The position numbers and the translations under genes are program-made. DNA of 64,000 nucleotides from an uncultured Nitrososphaerales archaeon (GTDB lineage Archaea > Thermoproteota > Nitrososphaeria > Nitrososphaerales > Nitrososphaeraceae), in contig CAVQMO010000001.1 of NCBI GenBank assembly GCA_963713605.1, positions 704,001-768,000 of the forward strand, written 5' to 3'. The notes beneath the pieces were generated by a model. It saw only the letters and a program-made list of their open reading frames with translations. It made no database searches and had not been told where the DNA came from. The number at the start of each line of letters is the position of its first letter. Position 1 is the stretch's first letter. Of the stretch, positions 54,819 to 64,000 are shown piece by piece.

Positions 54819-55332
54819 GAACCATGAATATTAGCAATTTCTAATAAAAACAACTAAAATTGAATATGATGAATCTGGGGTATTTTTGTACTCACGACAT
54901 GTTTAGAGGTGTCGAGAATATACAAACAGTTACCTAAAATTCTAATTACTCAAGGGTCATATAACCAGTACTACATGACAAATATGATAGGGAAGCTTCT
55001 ATGTCAAAAATCAAAGCACAACATTGACAAGTGGTGAAATTAGTAAAAACAAAGAATAACCACCTCAACCTTTAGCTATAAGACAGGTCCCACATCTAAT
55101 TCATCAGGGGCATTAGCTTTAACAAGCCCTATTCCTGCCTTTACTCCAATTCAGATTGTAAGTTGTTCATCCATCGTTTCTTATCCCATCTTGGAAGACT
55201 AGGTTGACTTGTTTGGCGGCTTCTTCAATATATTAAATCGCAAGTTCGAATTGTTTCGTTAACTTATCTTGTTTATCAAATTTAGTAAACTTTTATTCTC
55301 TATTATACAACTCAAATATCATTCCTAAGAGA

Positions 55333-56145
55333 ATGCTTAGCGGAAGGCTAGAGTTAGTTGAGTTGGTTATCGTGTTATTAACCGTGATCTCGTTGATTGT
55401 AATCCTAATAGACATATTCTTTCCTTTAAATGCTGAACAAAAGCGATTCATTTATGTTTTCGACCTCGTAGTAGTTCTTATTCTAGCAACTGATTTCGCC
55501 TTTCGAGTGGGCAGGTCATCCAAGAAGAGTCGATATATAATAAAGCATTGGTACGAAATTCCTGCAATGGTACCGCTAATACTTTATGCTTCGGCAGATA
55601 CCTCGACAATAGTTGGTCAAGTCTTGGAACAATTTAGGGTAATTGCATTTTTCAGACTTGTTAGGCTTTATTACATTCTTACGTTGATTCAGGGAAGCCG
55701 ATTTGTATTACTGTCGGCTTTCTCAATCATAACGATAGTTTTCGGAGCACTAGGAGTATATCTTACAGAAGCCGGATATGCCGGAGCAAATATAAGAAAT
55801 CTACCGGATGCATTTTGGTGGGCAGTACAAACTGTCAGTACAGTGGGTTACGGTGACGTTTATCCTGTTACTGCTGAGGGAAGGATCATAGGGATATTCG
55901 TCATGTTTGCAGGAATTGGAATTCTCACTAGTTTTATAACTGCACTCGGGACCAAACTAATCGAGCTCAAGTTGAATGTGCCTAAAAAGGGAAAAAAAGT
56001 CGACATACTAAATAACGATCTTCCATTAAAGACCAAAGAATTAATCAAGAATCAAATTGAAAAAGTAGAGACACTCGACCAGAAGGATTTTGATGCGTTA
56101 ATTTCAATGCTGACAAGCATACGCCAACACTATGGCGTCCAATAG
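55333..56145 (+). CDS. voltage-gated-type (6TM) potassium channel
   Basis: S4-like FR...FRLVRL; AFWW...TVSTVGYGDVYP.T..GR selectivity filter. Confidence 0.92.
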   Translation: MLSGRLELVELVIVLLTVISLIVILIDIFFPLNAEQKRFIYVFDLVVVLILATDFAFRVGRSSKKSRYIIKHWYEIPAMVPLILYASADTSTIVGQVLEQFRVIAFFRLVRLYYILTLIQGSRFVLLSAFSIITIVFGALGVYLTEAGYAGANIRNLPDAFWWAVQTVSTVGYGDVYPVTAEGRIIGIFVMFAGIGILTSFITALGTKLIELKLNVPKKGKKVDILNNDLPLKTKELIKNQIEKVETLDQKDFDALISMLTSIRQHYGVQ

Positions 56146-56154
56146 GGCAAGTGC

Positions 56155-56262
56155 AGATATGTGTATCTGTCGGCAACTTTCAAAAGTAGTAGCGTTAGTC
56201 ATTCAACCCCGTAGCTGAGTAAAGATATGTGTATCTATCGGCTACTTTCGAAAGTAGTAGCG
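56155..56262. repeat. two imperfect 40-bp direct repeats with internal palindromes, 28-bp spacer
   Basis: agatatgtgtatctgtcggcaactttcaaaagtagtagcg (56155-56194) and agatatgtgtatctatcggctactttcgaaagtagtagcg (56223-56262). Confidence 0.8.
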
Positions 56263-56772
56263 CCGTAGTAATCTTGAAACTAATCGAGCATACCGTTGAC
56301 CTATCGATTTCTTCCTAGTTCAATATTCTTATGATTTATTAAGAAATTCTTTCTCTAACAACTATCTATTTCAGCGATATTGTTTGTCATCACCAATTAG
56401 ATAATTCATTATGTACCTATAGGTACTGGACAATACTTCTTTGATGTCATCGTCAATTGGCAGCAAGCAACTGTACATGAAAATATAAGATCCACAGATG
56501 GCCAAGATGCCGGAAATGAAGCCGCAATAATGGAATACACGGAGTAATCACCACACATGGTGACATTCGAGAGATACAATTTACCTAAAGCTCAGTTAAA
56601 AGGCTTAACGGCGGCGCTGAAGTGTTCCTGTGAAATAACATCAATGAACTTGAAATGTATCTAATTCATCCTCAAAGAGCGAGTGAGCGAGTAAAGTATC
56701 TTGACGGAAAAACTCTTGGCATTAGACAAGACCAAGAATGGAAATGGCAACGAATTTCATTCATAAATGATG

Positions 56773-56869
56773 TGGACCGGGTGGGATTCGAACCCACGAC
56801 CACCTACGTCTCCTCTACCTATTTGAAGGTATGCAAGGCAGGTATTCTACCAGACTAAACTACCGGCCC
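56773..56869 (-). tRNA. tRNA-Ala(TGC) with a 23-nt intron in the anticodon loop
   Basis: GGGCCGG acceptor stem, CCTGC-CT-TGC-AC-GTAGG anticodon arm after intron removal, GGTTCGAATCC T-arm. Confidence 0.92.
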
Positions 56870-57047
56870 CCCTAATCCACTACGCTCATAGAGGTATGAT
56901 AATTTAATCCTTTAGAAGGGGACTGTGACGGACTCCTTTAACCAATCTATATCCTATTGAAGAGATCTTAAAAAGAATGGCTTGCGTTAAGAGCCGATAT
57001 TAGCCGACTATTAGCTACTAGCAGGTCAAGTTATAACGAATTCTAGA

Positions 57048-57078
57048 CTGCTACTTCAAGGCGTATCGGAAGTAGCAG
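57048..57078. repeat. 10-bp perfect inverted repeat between tRNA-Ala and the ferredoxin gene
   Basis: CTGCTACTTC-N11-GAAGTAGCAG. Confidence 0.6.
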
Positions 57079-57288
57079 CTGACATTCCACAATATTATCT
57101 ATAAACATGGGTATTGCTAGTATATCGATCATAAACTACAAATTTTGGTTTATTGGGTTAGTCTGACCACCTTCTACAAGAATTTGTGCCTCTAAAATTT
57201 CTCACAAGCGCTTGGCGCTATCGTCATACTAGAACAAAATCGAAAGCCTTTTAGGCACTCGCTTCATAACCTGTTTGTAACAATAGCT

Positions 57289-58323
57289 ATGTCTACACTT
57301 CTAACTGACCGTGTTTGGGTAATGCTTTCCGAGGTAGCCAAGAGAGGAGTATATCCATTGCATGGGTCTAGACTTGGGTTATACAGAATTCCAATCGATC
57401 TTACCAATAATGCAGAGATCACACAGGTCGCCAACGAAATTAAAAAATTAGGGTTTTCTGTAGATACTTATGCTGACAGGATATACATCACTTACAAATG
57501 GAGTGAGGAACAGTTCGATCAAACAGAAAAAAAGCACTTAAAAGCAAATCTTTCCATTACAGTAGAAATTGTTACTGGAGAAGTTGTAGATATTATTTAT
57601 CAGATTAGACCTTTAGAGTATTTCGGTGATGTTTACTGGATCAAGAACTACCGAACGATGGCCGACCAGAATGCCAAGGTGATTATAGATACTATATTGC
57701 TCAACACCAAAATAGGAGACAAACTAATCGCTCACTATCAAAAAGCTAACAAGTTATCCTATGAGGAAGCAGTAATAAAATTACAAGATCTTTCTCCCCT
57801 CGCAAAAAGCCCTAAAAATAGGCTAGCCGGGCCACCTAACGCTGAGACTTCTCCGCAATTGCCTGAAGCCAAAGTACAATCTGTTCCAGGCTCTGAACAA
57901 AAGCAACTGGAAGCACCCCCTTCGCCACAAATGAATGCAGTAGGAAGTGGAAATACAACCATTTCGCTGACAGGGGCTGGAACAAATTACTCTAAAGTCG
58001 AAGGTCCAATTGACCCTGATTTTAAATCAAAGCGTAGTGTTGTTGGCACATTCCAAGACATAAAGGTCTGGGGTGAAGTGGATCCTCCTGGACGATTGGG
58101 TATCTGGGGTTCAGAAGTTACAGTAGATTTTGATATCTGTGTAGCAGATGGAGCTTGTATCGAAGCATGTCCTGTAAATGTTTATGAATGGCTTGATACT
58201 CCAGGACATCCTGCCTCTGAGAAGAAGCCATTTATGATAAGAGAAAAGGATTGTATATTCTGTATGGCATGCGAAAATGTCTGTCCTCCTCAGTGTGTAA
58301 AGATATTCAATAAAGGACAATAA
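57289..58323 (+). CDS. N-terminal unknown domain fused to a dicluster (Zfx-like) ferredoxin
   Basis: Pro-rich linker, then [18 protein letters not shown]...[10 protein letters not shown]...[12 protein letters not shown]. Confidence 0.88.
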   Translation: MSTLLTDRVWVMLSEVAKRGVYPLHGSRLGLYRIPIDLTNNAEITQVANEIKKLGFSVDTYADRIYITYKWSEEQFDQTEKKHLKANLSITVEIVTGEVVDIIYQIRPLEYFGDVYWIKNYRTMADQNAKVIIDTILLNTKIGDKLIAHYQKANKLSYEEAVIKLQDLSPLAKSPKNRLAGPPNAETSPQLPEAKVQSVPGSEQKQLEAPPSPQMNAVGSGNTTISLTGAGTNYSKVEGPIDPDFKSKRSVVGTFQDIKVWGEVDPPGRLGIWGSEVTVDFDICVADGACIEACPVNVYEWLDTPGHPASEKKPFMIREKDCIFCMACENVCPPQCVKIFNKGQ

Positions 58324-58708
58324 GAAATATCGCATATCGAATACATCGAAGCAAATCCCTTATAGAAGCGGAAGGTATCCTTCATGACAATCGACCAGTG
58401 TCAATCTCCCACATAAATTTGAGGTAATACACAATGGTATTATTTCCATGCTTACAAGAATACGTTGACTCATATCAATGAACAATATGTCCTATTGAGT
58501 TATGTAATTTTAAGATGGTTAACCCTGATAAGGCTGGGTCAGTTACCCTAGTTCTTTCTTCATAGATCAGAGTAATCAATCATCATCCCCCCCGCTTTTT
58601 CTTTCTACCTTTAAACAATATCTCTTAACTGTATAATTATATTAATTAAACTAGTCAGATTTAATCACTCTCTCCTTTAAATATCGTTCTTAAATCAGCT
58701 TCAATGTC

Positions 58709-59374
58709 ATGTCGCTCGAGAAGATAGTCGCCGGTATAAAAGCCACGGGAATTGAGGGGATCAAAAAGGCAGAACTTCGGCGGGAATTTCAAGATGTTGA
58801 AGAGCTCGATTCAATACTGCAGGAATTAATAAGTGCGCAGGAAATATTCATCGAGAGGAAGGGCAATTCAATCTATTGTTGGCACAAGAATTATTATCTA
58901 CAGAAATTATTGAGCACAGATCAAAAATTTTCGCTTATATATTCCTTAATGAATACCGTGCAGGATTCGCTGAACATCAGATTCGATTCTATCAGCGTAG
59001 GGTTGGAAGCCGTAATCGGTCAGTTGAGAGAGATATCAGAGGAAATAAAGGTCCTCTCGAGTTTAGGACAGAGAGATACTGGCGCAAGTGCTTCACCCCC
59101 TCAAGAGCAATTTAAGCCAACCGAGATCAATTATAACAATTTCAAAGAACAACTTGATCATGCATTGGCCAGTGCCTCAAGTTCAATTGGTTGGGTTGAG
59201 CTGGGTAACATACGAAAAAATCTTTGCTCAAAGATGAATATTTCTCAAGAACAATTTTACCATTCATTTGAAGAAGTAGTTTCCAACAACTATGACAAAT
59301 ATGAGCTTTCCACAGGTGGAGAAGAAGGAATACAATTAAGAGGAATGGTACACGGATTCGTGAGGTGCATTTAA
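58709..59374 (+). CDS. hypothetical protein with predicted N- and C-terminal winged-helix-like domains and central coiled coil
   Basis: GIKKAELRR.F...ELDSILQEL....EIFIE; WVELGNIRKNL...ISQEQF; stop 1 nt before the ATPase ATG. Confidence 0.75.
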   Translation: MSLEKIVAGIKATGIEGIKKAELRREFQDVEELDSILQELISAQEIFIERKGNSIYCWHKNYYLQKLLSTDQKFSLIYSLMNTVQDSLNIRFDSISVGLEAVIGQLREISEEIKVLSSLGQRDTGASASPPQEQFKPTEINYNNFKEQLDHALASASSSIGWVELGNIRKNLCSKMNISQEQFYHSFEEVVSNNYDKYELSTGGEEGIQLRGMVHGFVRCI

Positions 59375-59375
59375 A

Positions 59376-61067
59376 ATGTATCCATACGGTTTGAAGAGCA
59401 ATCCATATCACAGTAGCCCGACTCCAAGATTTTCAGATTCAAAGATTTTAGGTGGAGAAAGACATAAGGAAGCAAAGAGTGCAATCCTTTCATGTATGCA
59501 CGACGTAGGCTCTAAAATGGCTCTTTCAGAGAAAGACCTTCGTATTGTCACAATAATTCAAGATGTTGGATCTGGCAAGACTCACCTTGCGCTTCATATG
59601 CAGACGGTAGAAGAGATGTCTGCAAAGTCTGTGATATCATATGTTGACTTTTCACAGATATCACCTAGAAGCAAGACAGGTATACTCTCTTCAATTCTGG
59701 ATGGATTCAGAGAAGAGGATCTAGAAGCGCTACGTTCAACGCTGATCGGACTGATGATGGCTTCCCGACATGACAGAGAAAAGGCAAAACTCGTCAAGAA
59801 ATTATTCAAGCATGGTCTGCTATCAGAGATCAAGGGAGAATCACTTGAAGACAAGATCGGATTGTTACTCAAAAGGAGAATCAAGGTCAGAGACGAAGCT
59901 ACATTAAGTGAACTCTTAGGGAAGAATTTCACCGATCTAGAGAAGGCACTCATCTATTATGTACTTAATGACGAGATGAAAGACTGGGCTAAATCGATCG
60001 TATCACTTGGTGAAATGTTGGAATTACTCACATCTATAATTAGTCTAAATCAAAAGCTCCTAAACAAGTTGACCATATTTGAGTTCGATGAATTTGATTC
60101 AGAAGGCGAATCGATGGAGTTCATCAAGGCTATTATTAACTTTATACTTCCCCCAAGCATGATTTTGCTTATCATGACGCCTGCATCCTACGACGAAATA
60201 GGGAAAAAGAATCTTTCTTTGTATGACCGATTGGAGAAAGCAAATTACAAGATCGATCTTGCAGGCTCCAATACATTTAGCGAGATAAATGGTATAGTTC
60301 TTGAGTATATGCGATCTGGCAATTCTAATGGCAAGTTTACCTTAGAAGAAGAGCATGATTTGTCTAACAAGATCAAAATTATTTATGATGAATTTCCTGA
60401 TTTCAGAAACGTTCGATCCATGATTAATATCCTTTACCATGCAACAGAATTAGCTGGCAATAGTGATGCGGGAAGTATCGATGAACATGCACTAGATGAA
60501 ACAATTAGGACTACGTTCCCTGGATTGAGGATCAAAGGTAGCATAATGTCAGTCCCTGTCTCAGACTTCATGAAAATCAGAAGAATGTCCAAAGACATTC
60601 ATGAATTGGAAGTCAGGGTTAAGATCGCAGTGCAGGATCTTGTTCAATGCACTGAAGGAGAGAGTTCTCTAAGTCCTCCTGATCTGTCTGAAGGTGGAGC
60701 GGAGTTAGTAGATGTCTTGTATCGCGATTCTCAAGGGGATAAAGTTGCTGTTTCAGTTGCTCTGGACAAGGAGAAAACATCTAAGATCAACCAAGGCATT
60801 ACCAAGGCCCAATTTTCAGCAGATGTTAATAAGGTCCTAATTCTGTCCGATAGGCCAGGCCAATTTGGTGCACGTCCAGCAGTTGGACCTCAAGTGAAGA
60901 ATGTCAACATGGATGATTCAAAACTGATTGATTTGATTTATTTTAGTTCAAAATACAGAAATAGTCAGATCTCCGATGAGGATCTTAAACGAGCATCTAT
61001 GCTCGCAAGATTCTATAGAGCTTCCTTAACCGCTGCGCTCTGCCAATCAGTCAGTACCAATATCTGA
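59376..61067 (+). CDS. AAA+/P-loop ATPase (true stop possibly at 61029)
   Basis: IIQDVGSGKTHL Walker A variant, IFEFDEFD Walker B, SLYDRL Arg finger, NVRSMINIL sensor-2-like. Confidence 0.85.
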   Translation: MYPYGLKSNPYHSSPTPRFSDSKILGGERHKEAKSAILSCMHDVGSKMALSEKDLRIVTIIQDVGSGKTHLALHMQTVEEMSAKSVISYVDFSQISPRSKTGILSSILDGFREEDLEALRSTLIGLMMASRHDREKAKLVKKLFKHGLLSEIKGESLEDKIGLLLKRRIKVRDEATLSELLGKNFTDLEKALIYYVLNDEMKDWAKSIVSLGEMLELLTSIISLNQKLLNKLTIFEFDEFDSEGESMEFIKAIINFILPPSMILLIMTPASYDEIGKKNLSLYDRLEKANYKIDLAGSNTFSEINGIVLEYMRSGNSNGKFTLEEEHDLSNKIKIIYDEFPDFRNVRSMINILYHATELAGNSDAGSIDEHALDETIRTTFPGLRIKGSIMSVPVSDFMKIRRMSKDIHELEVRVKIAVQDLVQCTEGESSLSPPDLSEGGAELVDVLYRDSQGDKVAVSVALDKEKTSKINQGITKAQFSADVNKVLILSDRPGQFGARPAVGPQVKNVNMDDSKLIDLIYFSSKYRNSQISDEDLKRASMLARFYRASLTAALCQSVSTNI

Positions 61068-61137
61068 AATTTGCAATGAATGAGGTTCCCCGCTGGAAGG
61101 CATTAGAACTCTTTTATGTGGGTACTGCTTACATGCA

Positions 61138-61413
61138 GTGTTGAAAGAAGGAAATTTTGGCGAGTGGCCTGGTCAAGACAACGTCGAAGACTACGAACTT
61201 GAAGGTTCAATCGCCTGTAACGTCTGTGGAAAGGATGCGGATTTCGTAGTTCAACTTGAACTAGTATGGGATAGGAGCAATTATAGCCTAATGAATTCGC
61301 TTAACCAGATGCCCTTCTATCTTTGCAAAGCGCATGAGTACATCTACGAACGAATGCAAAATAATATTGAACTAACAGAATATTTCCGAGAAACAGTGAA
61401 TGCAAACCGTTAA
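61138..61413 (+). CDS. small Zn-binding hypothetical protein
   Basis: CNVCGKDA...YLCKAH. Confidence 0.7.
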   Translation: MLKEGNFGEWPGQDNVEDYELEGSIACNVCGKDADFVVQLELVWDRSNYSLMNSLNQMPFYLCKAHEYIYERMQNNIELTEYFRETVNANR

Positions 61414-61450
61414 TGATTATTGAAACTAAAGTGCCCTCTATCACTTTCTA

Positions 61451-61897
61451 ATGAGCAACAAGAAAATATATTCCAGTTACAATGATTTCTATGGGAATCT
61501 ACATACTAGTGGGGCTTCAATTATCGAGTTCAATAACGGGAGAGTCCCTTGCATTTGCGTGGAGAGTGAGGTGTTCAGGAAATTTGTGAGTTATGCTCCC
61601 GGCCGGAAAATGGCCGTAGATACTAATCTGGATATCTATCATAACGAAAAGGATGTTTTTGTTCAAATTAATATGAAAATATTAGACACGGAGTTTGAGT
61701 ACTCTTTTTTGTTTCATGCTAACGAAATGGTTGCTTTTTTCAAGGTCATGTTAGATAGCGCGTTGATAGTATTGTCGCCAAATGATCCATCTTTGGTGTC
61801 TGAAAATATCTTTGCAATACAGTTACCGAAAAGGGAAAGATTGGAAGAGGCTTTTCGAATAATTTCCAAATATACAGACAAGACAGGCCTTGAATAA
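61451..61897 (+). CDS. hypothetical protein
   Basis: 148-aa ORF co-oriented with the preceding genes. Confidence 0.7.
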   Translation: MSNKKIYSSYNDFYGNLHTSGASIIEFNNGRVPCICVESEVFRKFVSYAPGRKMAVDTNLDIYHNEKDVFVQINMKILDTEFEYSFLFHANEMVAFFKVMLDSALIVLSPNDPSLVSENIFAIQLPKRERLEEAFRIISKYTDKTGLE

Positions 61898-61975
61898 GAA
61901 TGAATGAATGAATGAATTGTTGAATGAATTAATGTATTAATGTCACTCAGCTCAGCTACCTCACATGATCAGACA

Positions 61976-62050
61976 TGCGACGGCCGGGATTTGAACCCGG
62001 GTTACCAGATTGGCAATCTGATGTCCTAGACCAAACTGGACGACCGTCGC
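61976..62050 (-). tRNA. tRNA-Gly(GCC)
   Basis: GCGACGG...TCAGA-TT-GCC-AA-TCTGG...GGTTCAAATCC.CCGTCGC-A. Confidence 0.95.
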
Positions 62051-62281
62051 ATCTTACGAGATTTATGGGGGACTATTTAACAACCTTTCGGTGCCTTGAA
62101 ATCGAAAAATATACTGAGGAATACTCGTACAATTTTTACGTTTAAAAATGCGTGAATCATAGGTGAAGTGATAGAACGAACGATCAGAACGGTTAGAAGC
62201 GTTCTAGTGCCTTGTGTCACTCGGAGCATTTCATCCAAAAGCGAAATTTTTTGAATTCACTTATTCATCAAGAATTTGTGA

Positions 62282-62902
62282 CTATCCTAATAGAATAAGC
62301 GTCGTATATCCTCTTTTCTCAGTTACATACGAATCTTGAATCTCTTCGACCACAACGGTGATGGAAACGAGATCGCCAGTGTTGCAGTTTGTTGTTTCCA
62401 ACACTACCATATCCTTGAGTATGTCTCCACCCAAGAAACTCTCATTACTAGCAGTGTACCTCACTTCTTTTTCTGAACTAATCAGAAAAACCTGGCCCTT
62501 TTGATAATTACCTATTCTAACCATTCTTCCTAGTCTGGGCGCTGCTGTAACAGTCAAGGCAATATTTTGTAACTGTTGTTTTATAAAGCGCCTTGCAGAT
62601 CCCACAGTAACCTCATAATCAAACGGGTATCCAGCAGTATACTCAGCCATCTTATTTATGCCATCATTCATGATGATATCGACTTTCTTTATGTTAAGAC
62701 CGTATTTGAAGATCCAATTGGAAGTTGTCATTGCAACCGAGTCGATCCCTTCTTTCCTTCCAGCAGATTCTGGGGCACTGAGTTGATATCTATCCACCCA
62801 GTCCTTGTAGTCCTTATTAATGTCACTTATGAAATCCGTGCAGGTTAACTGATAGTCCTGGACGCTGGAGGCTCGTTCAGATGATGTGTCTCTAAATACC
62901 AA
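62282..62902 (-). CDS. hypothetical protein
   Basis: 206-aa ORF. Confidence 0.7.
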   Translation of the reverse strand: MVFRDTSSERASSVQDYQLTCTDFISDINKDYKDWVDRYQLSAPESAGRKEGIDSVAMTTSNWIFKYGLNIKKVDIIMNDGINKMAEYTAGYPFDYEVTVGSARRFIKQQLQNIALTVTAAPRLGRMVRIGNYQKGQVFLISSEKEVRYTASNESFLGGDILKDMVVLETTNCNTGDLVSITVVVEEIQDSYVTEKRGYTTLILLG

Positions 62903-62946
62903 AGCTCCTAATCGAAAATATATTAACTTAGTATCTCAATATTAAG

Positions 62947-63513
62947 ATGAAACTTACTAATTATGCTAATGACTTTGGAGGCATTATTGTTGCAGCCATG
63001 ACCTTTACCTTTTCGGCTCTGCTAAGGGATCTTAAATCAAATATCGACTACAATAGAAAGGCCTTGGAAGAATCTCTAAAGATCAACCCTGCTCTAGCTT
63101 ACCAGAAGGTTAATGAGATAACACAATTTGTCGGGTCTAGGTACCGTTTAAGCTTGCAGATACACTTCCCTGACCAAAGAAGATTGTTTGTAATCGATTC
63201 TTATGGTACCGAGAACTTGGGGATCGTATTTGACAAGCAAAGAAAACGGTTTCTGATTCAACGTGAGACTATAAAGAGAAAAGCACTCGAAATCTTTGTA
63301 GCTTCCAAAGCTGAAGATGCATATATGTACGAAGGCAAGGAAGGTGTACGGGTAACCATCACGGCTGGCAGATTGGAAATCTTGCCAGGATCCATTCACC
63401 TCTGGTGTAATGTTGAGAATAATGCTGTAATCGACTATGTGGACTGGTTATTCGAAAATGTATATAATTTTGACATGCCTCGAAAATCGCCATTAGTTGA
63501 TATTGACTCATAA
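62947..63513 (+). CDS. hypothetical protein
   Basis: 188-aa ORF; start may be ATG 62998. Confidence 0.72.
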   Translation: MKLTNYANDFGGIIVAAMTFTFSALLRDLKSNIDYNRKALEESLKINPALAYQKVNEITQFVGSRYRLSLQIHFPDQRRLFVIDSYGTENLGIVFDKQRKRFLIQRETIKRKALEIFVASKAEDAYMYEGKEGVRVTITAGRLEILPGSIHLWCNVENNAVIDYVDWLFENVYNFDMPRKSPLVDIDS

Positions 63514-63542
63514 GAGCATAATGGATTTCTGAAAGCCTACTA

Positions 63543-64000
63543 TCATCTACTATAACCTTCCATCTCAAAGGTGTATCTTGTGCCGCTGCCAGAATCACCT
63601 ATATCAGCCTTGATAGGAAGTGGAAATCCATGTGCGATCCAGATTTTACTTACCTTCGATGGAAGGTCATACTGTAACACGTAAGAATCAATTGTTGTTC
63701 TATTGACTGTAAGGGAGTCTTTTCCAGTTATCCTAATCGGTGCAGTCATGGCGCCTGAAACAACGGTGTCCCAAAGTGCTCCAGGAACTAAATATTTAGG
63801 TTCTGTCGCGAAATTACGAATATCAAGCAATGAAGATTCTATAATCCTGTAAACGTCGGCTAGACTTCCCTCTGGCATCCGCCTATTAGTTAAATACTCC
63901 TTTGTTAGAGCAATACTCCCAGTATAATCACGAGAATCGTTCAGTATGTTAAAGTTTGTCTTCCAGGAATCATTCCCCTCCTGGATAAAGCGCATAGTGA
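63543..64000 (-). CDS. hypothetical protein, likely 5'-partial at the window edge
   Basis: Long open frame with SKIWIAHGFPLPIKA beta-rich C-terminus. Confidence 0.65.
   Translation of the reverse strand, partial: TMRFIQEGNDSWKTNFNILNDSRDYTGSIALTKEYLTNRRMPEGSLADVYRIIESSLLDIRNFATEPKYLVPGALWDTVVSGAMTAPIRITGKDSLTVNRTTIDSYVLQYDLPSKVSKIWIAHGFPLPIKADIGDSGSGTRYTFEMEGYSR

Noticed and set aside
56155..56262. CRISPR array
   Set aside because: Only two imperfect units, the repeat is longer than the spacer, and there are no cas genes in the window
61898..61935. (GAAT)n microsatellite downstream of tRNA-Gly
   Set aside because: Short low-complexity tract; at most a T-rich terminator region on the minus strand
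56773..62050. tRNA-anchored integrated element between tRNA-Ala and tRNA-Gly
   Set aside because: No integrase and no duplicated tRNA 3' end (att site) found by eye
2610..63598. Many antisense or overlapping ORFs in the track (e.g. 2610-2933, 16019-16432, 24241-24510, 34990-35370, 56655-56858, 59594-59953)
   Set aside because: Shadow frames of better-supported genes or tRNAs, with no recognisable motifs

Overview
This is archaeal DNA, most consistent with a soil ammonia-oxidising archaeon (Nitrososphaerota, Nitrososphaeraceae-like). Support: TFB, AglB, CofE, DRG GTPase, archaeal tRNAs with one intron, and many lineage-typical CHRD, SHOCT, YVTN and zinc-finger proteins. The window has two halves. 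About 1-43 kb is a gene-poor accessory region of duplicated and decayed paralogs, with relics of an IS5-like transposase, two integrases, two terminase large subunits and a DinG-like helicase. About 43-64 kb is compact core genome (aglB/PPIase, DRG, mscL, cofE, leuCD, nfi, K+ channel, tRNA-Ala, ferredoxin fusion, AAA+ ATPase operon, tRNA-Gly). Frameshifts of 1-2 nt interrupt even housekeeping genes, so many are probably assembly errors. The most notable system is a two-gene graspetide-like (ATP-grasp RiPP) cluster at 3296-4555: a PFAL-leader precursor with a hidden Thr/Ser + SDDKD core, followed by an MvdC/MvdD-type ligase. Other candidates are an apparent AglB-cyclophilin fusion, a CarH-signature B12-binding protein, a duplicated class I terpene-synthase-like gene, a His/Met tandem-repeat protein and a wHTH + AAA+ ATPase pair. 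All family calls come from motif recognition by eye; no database search was run.
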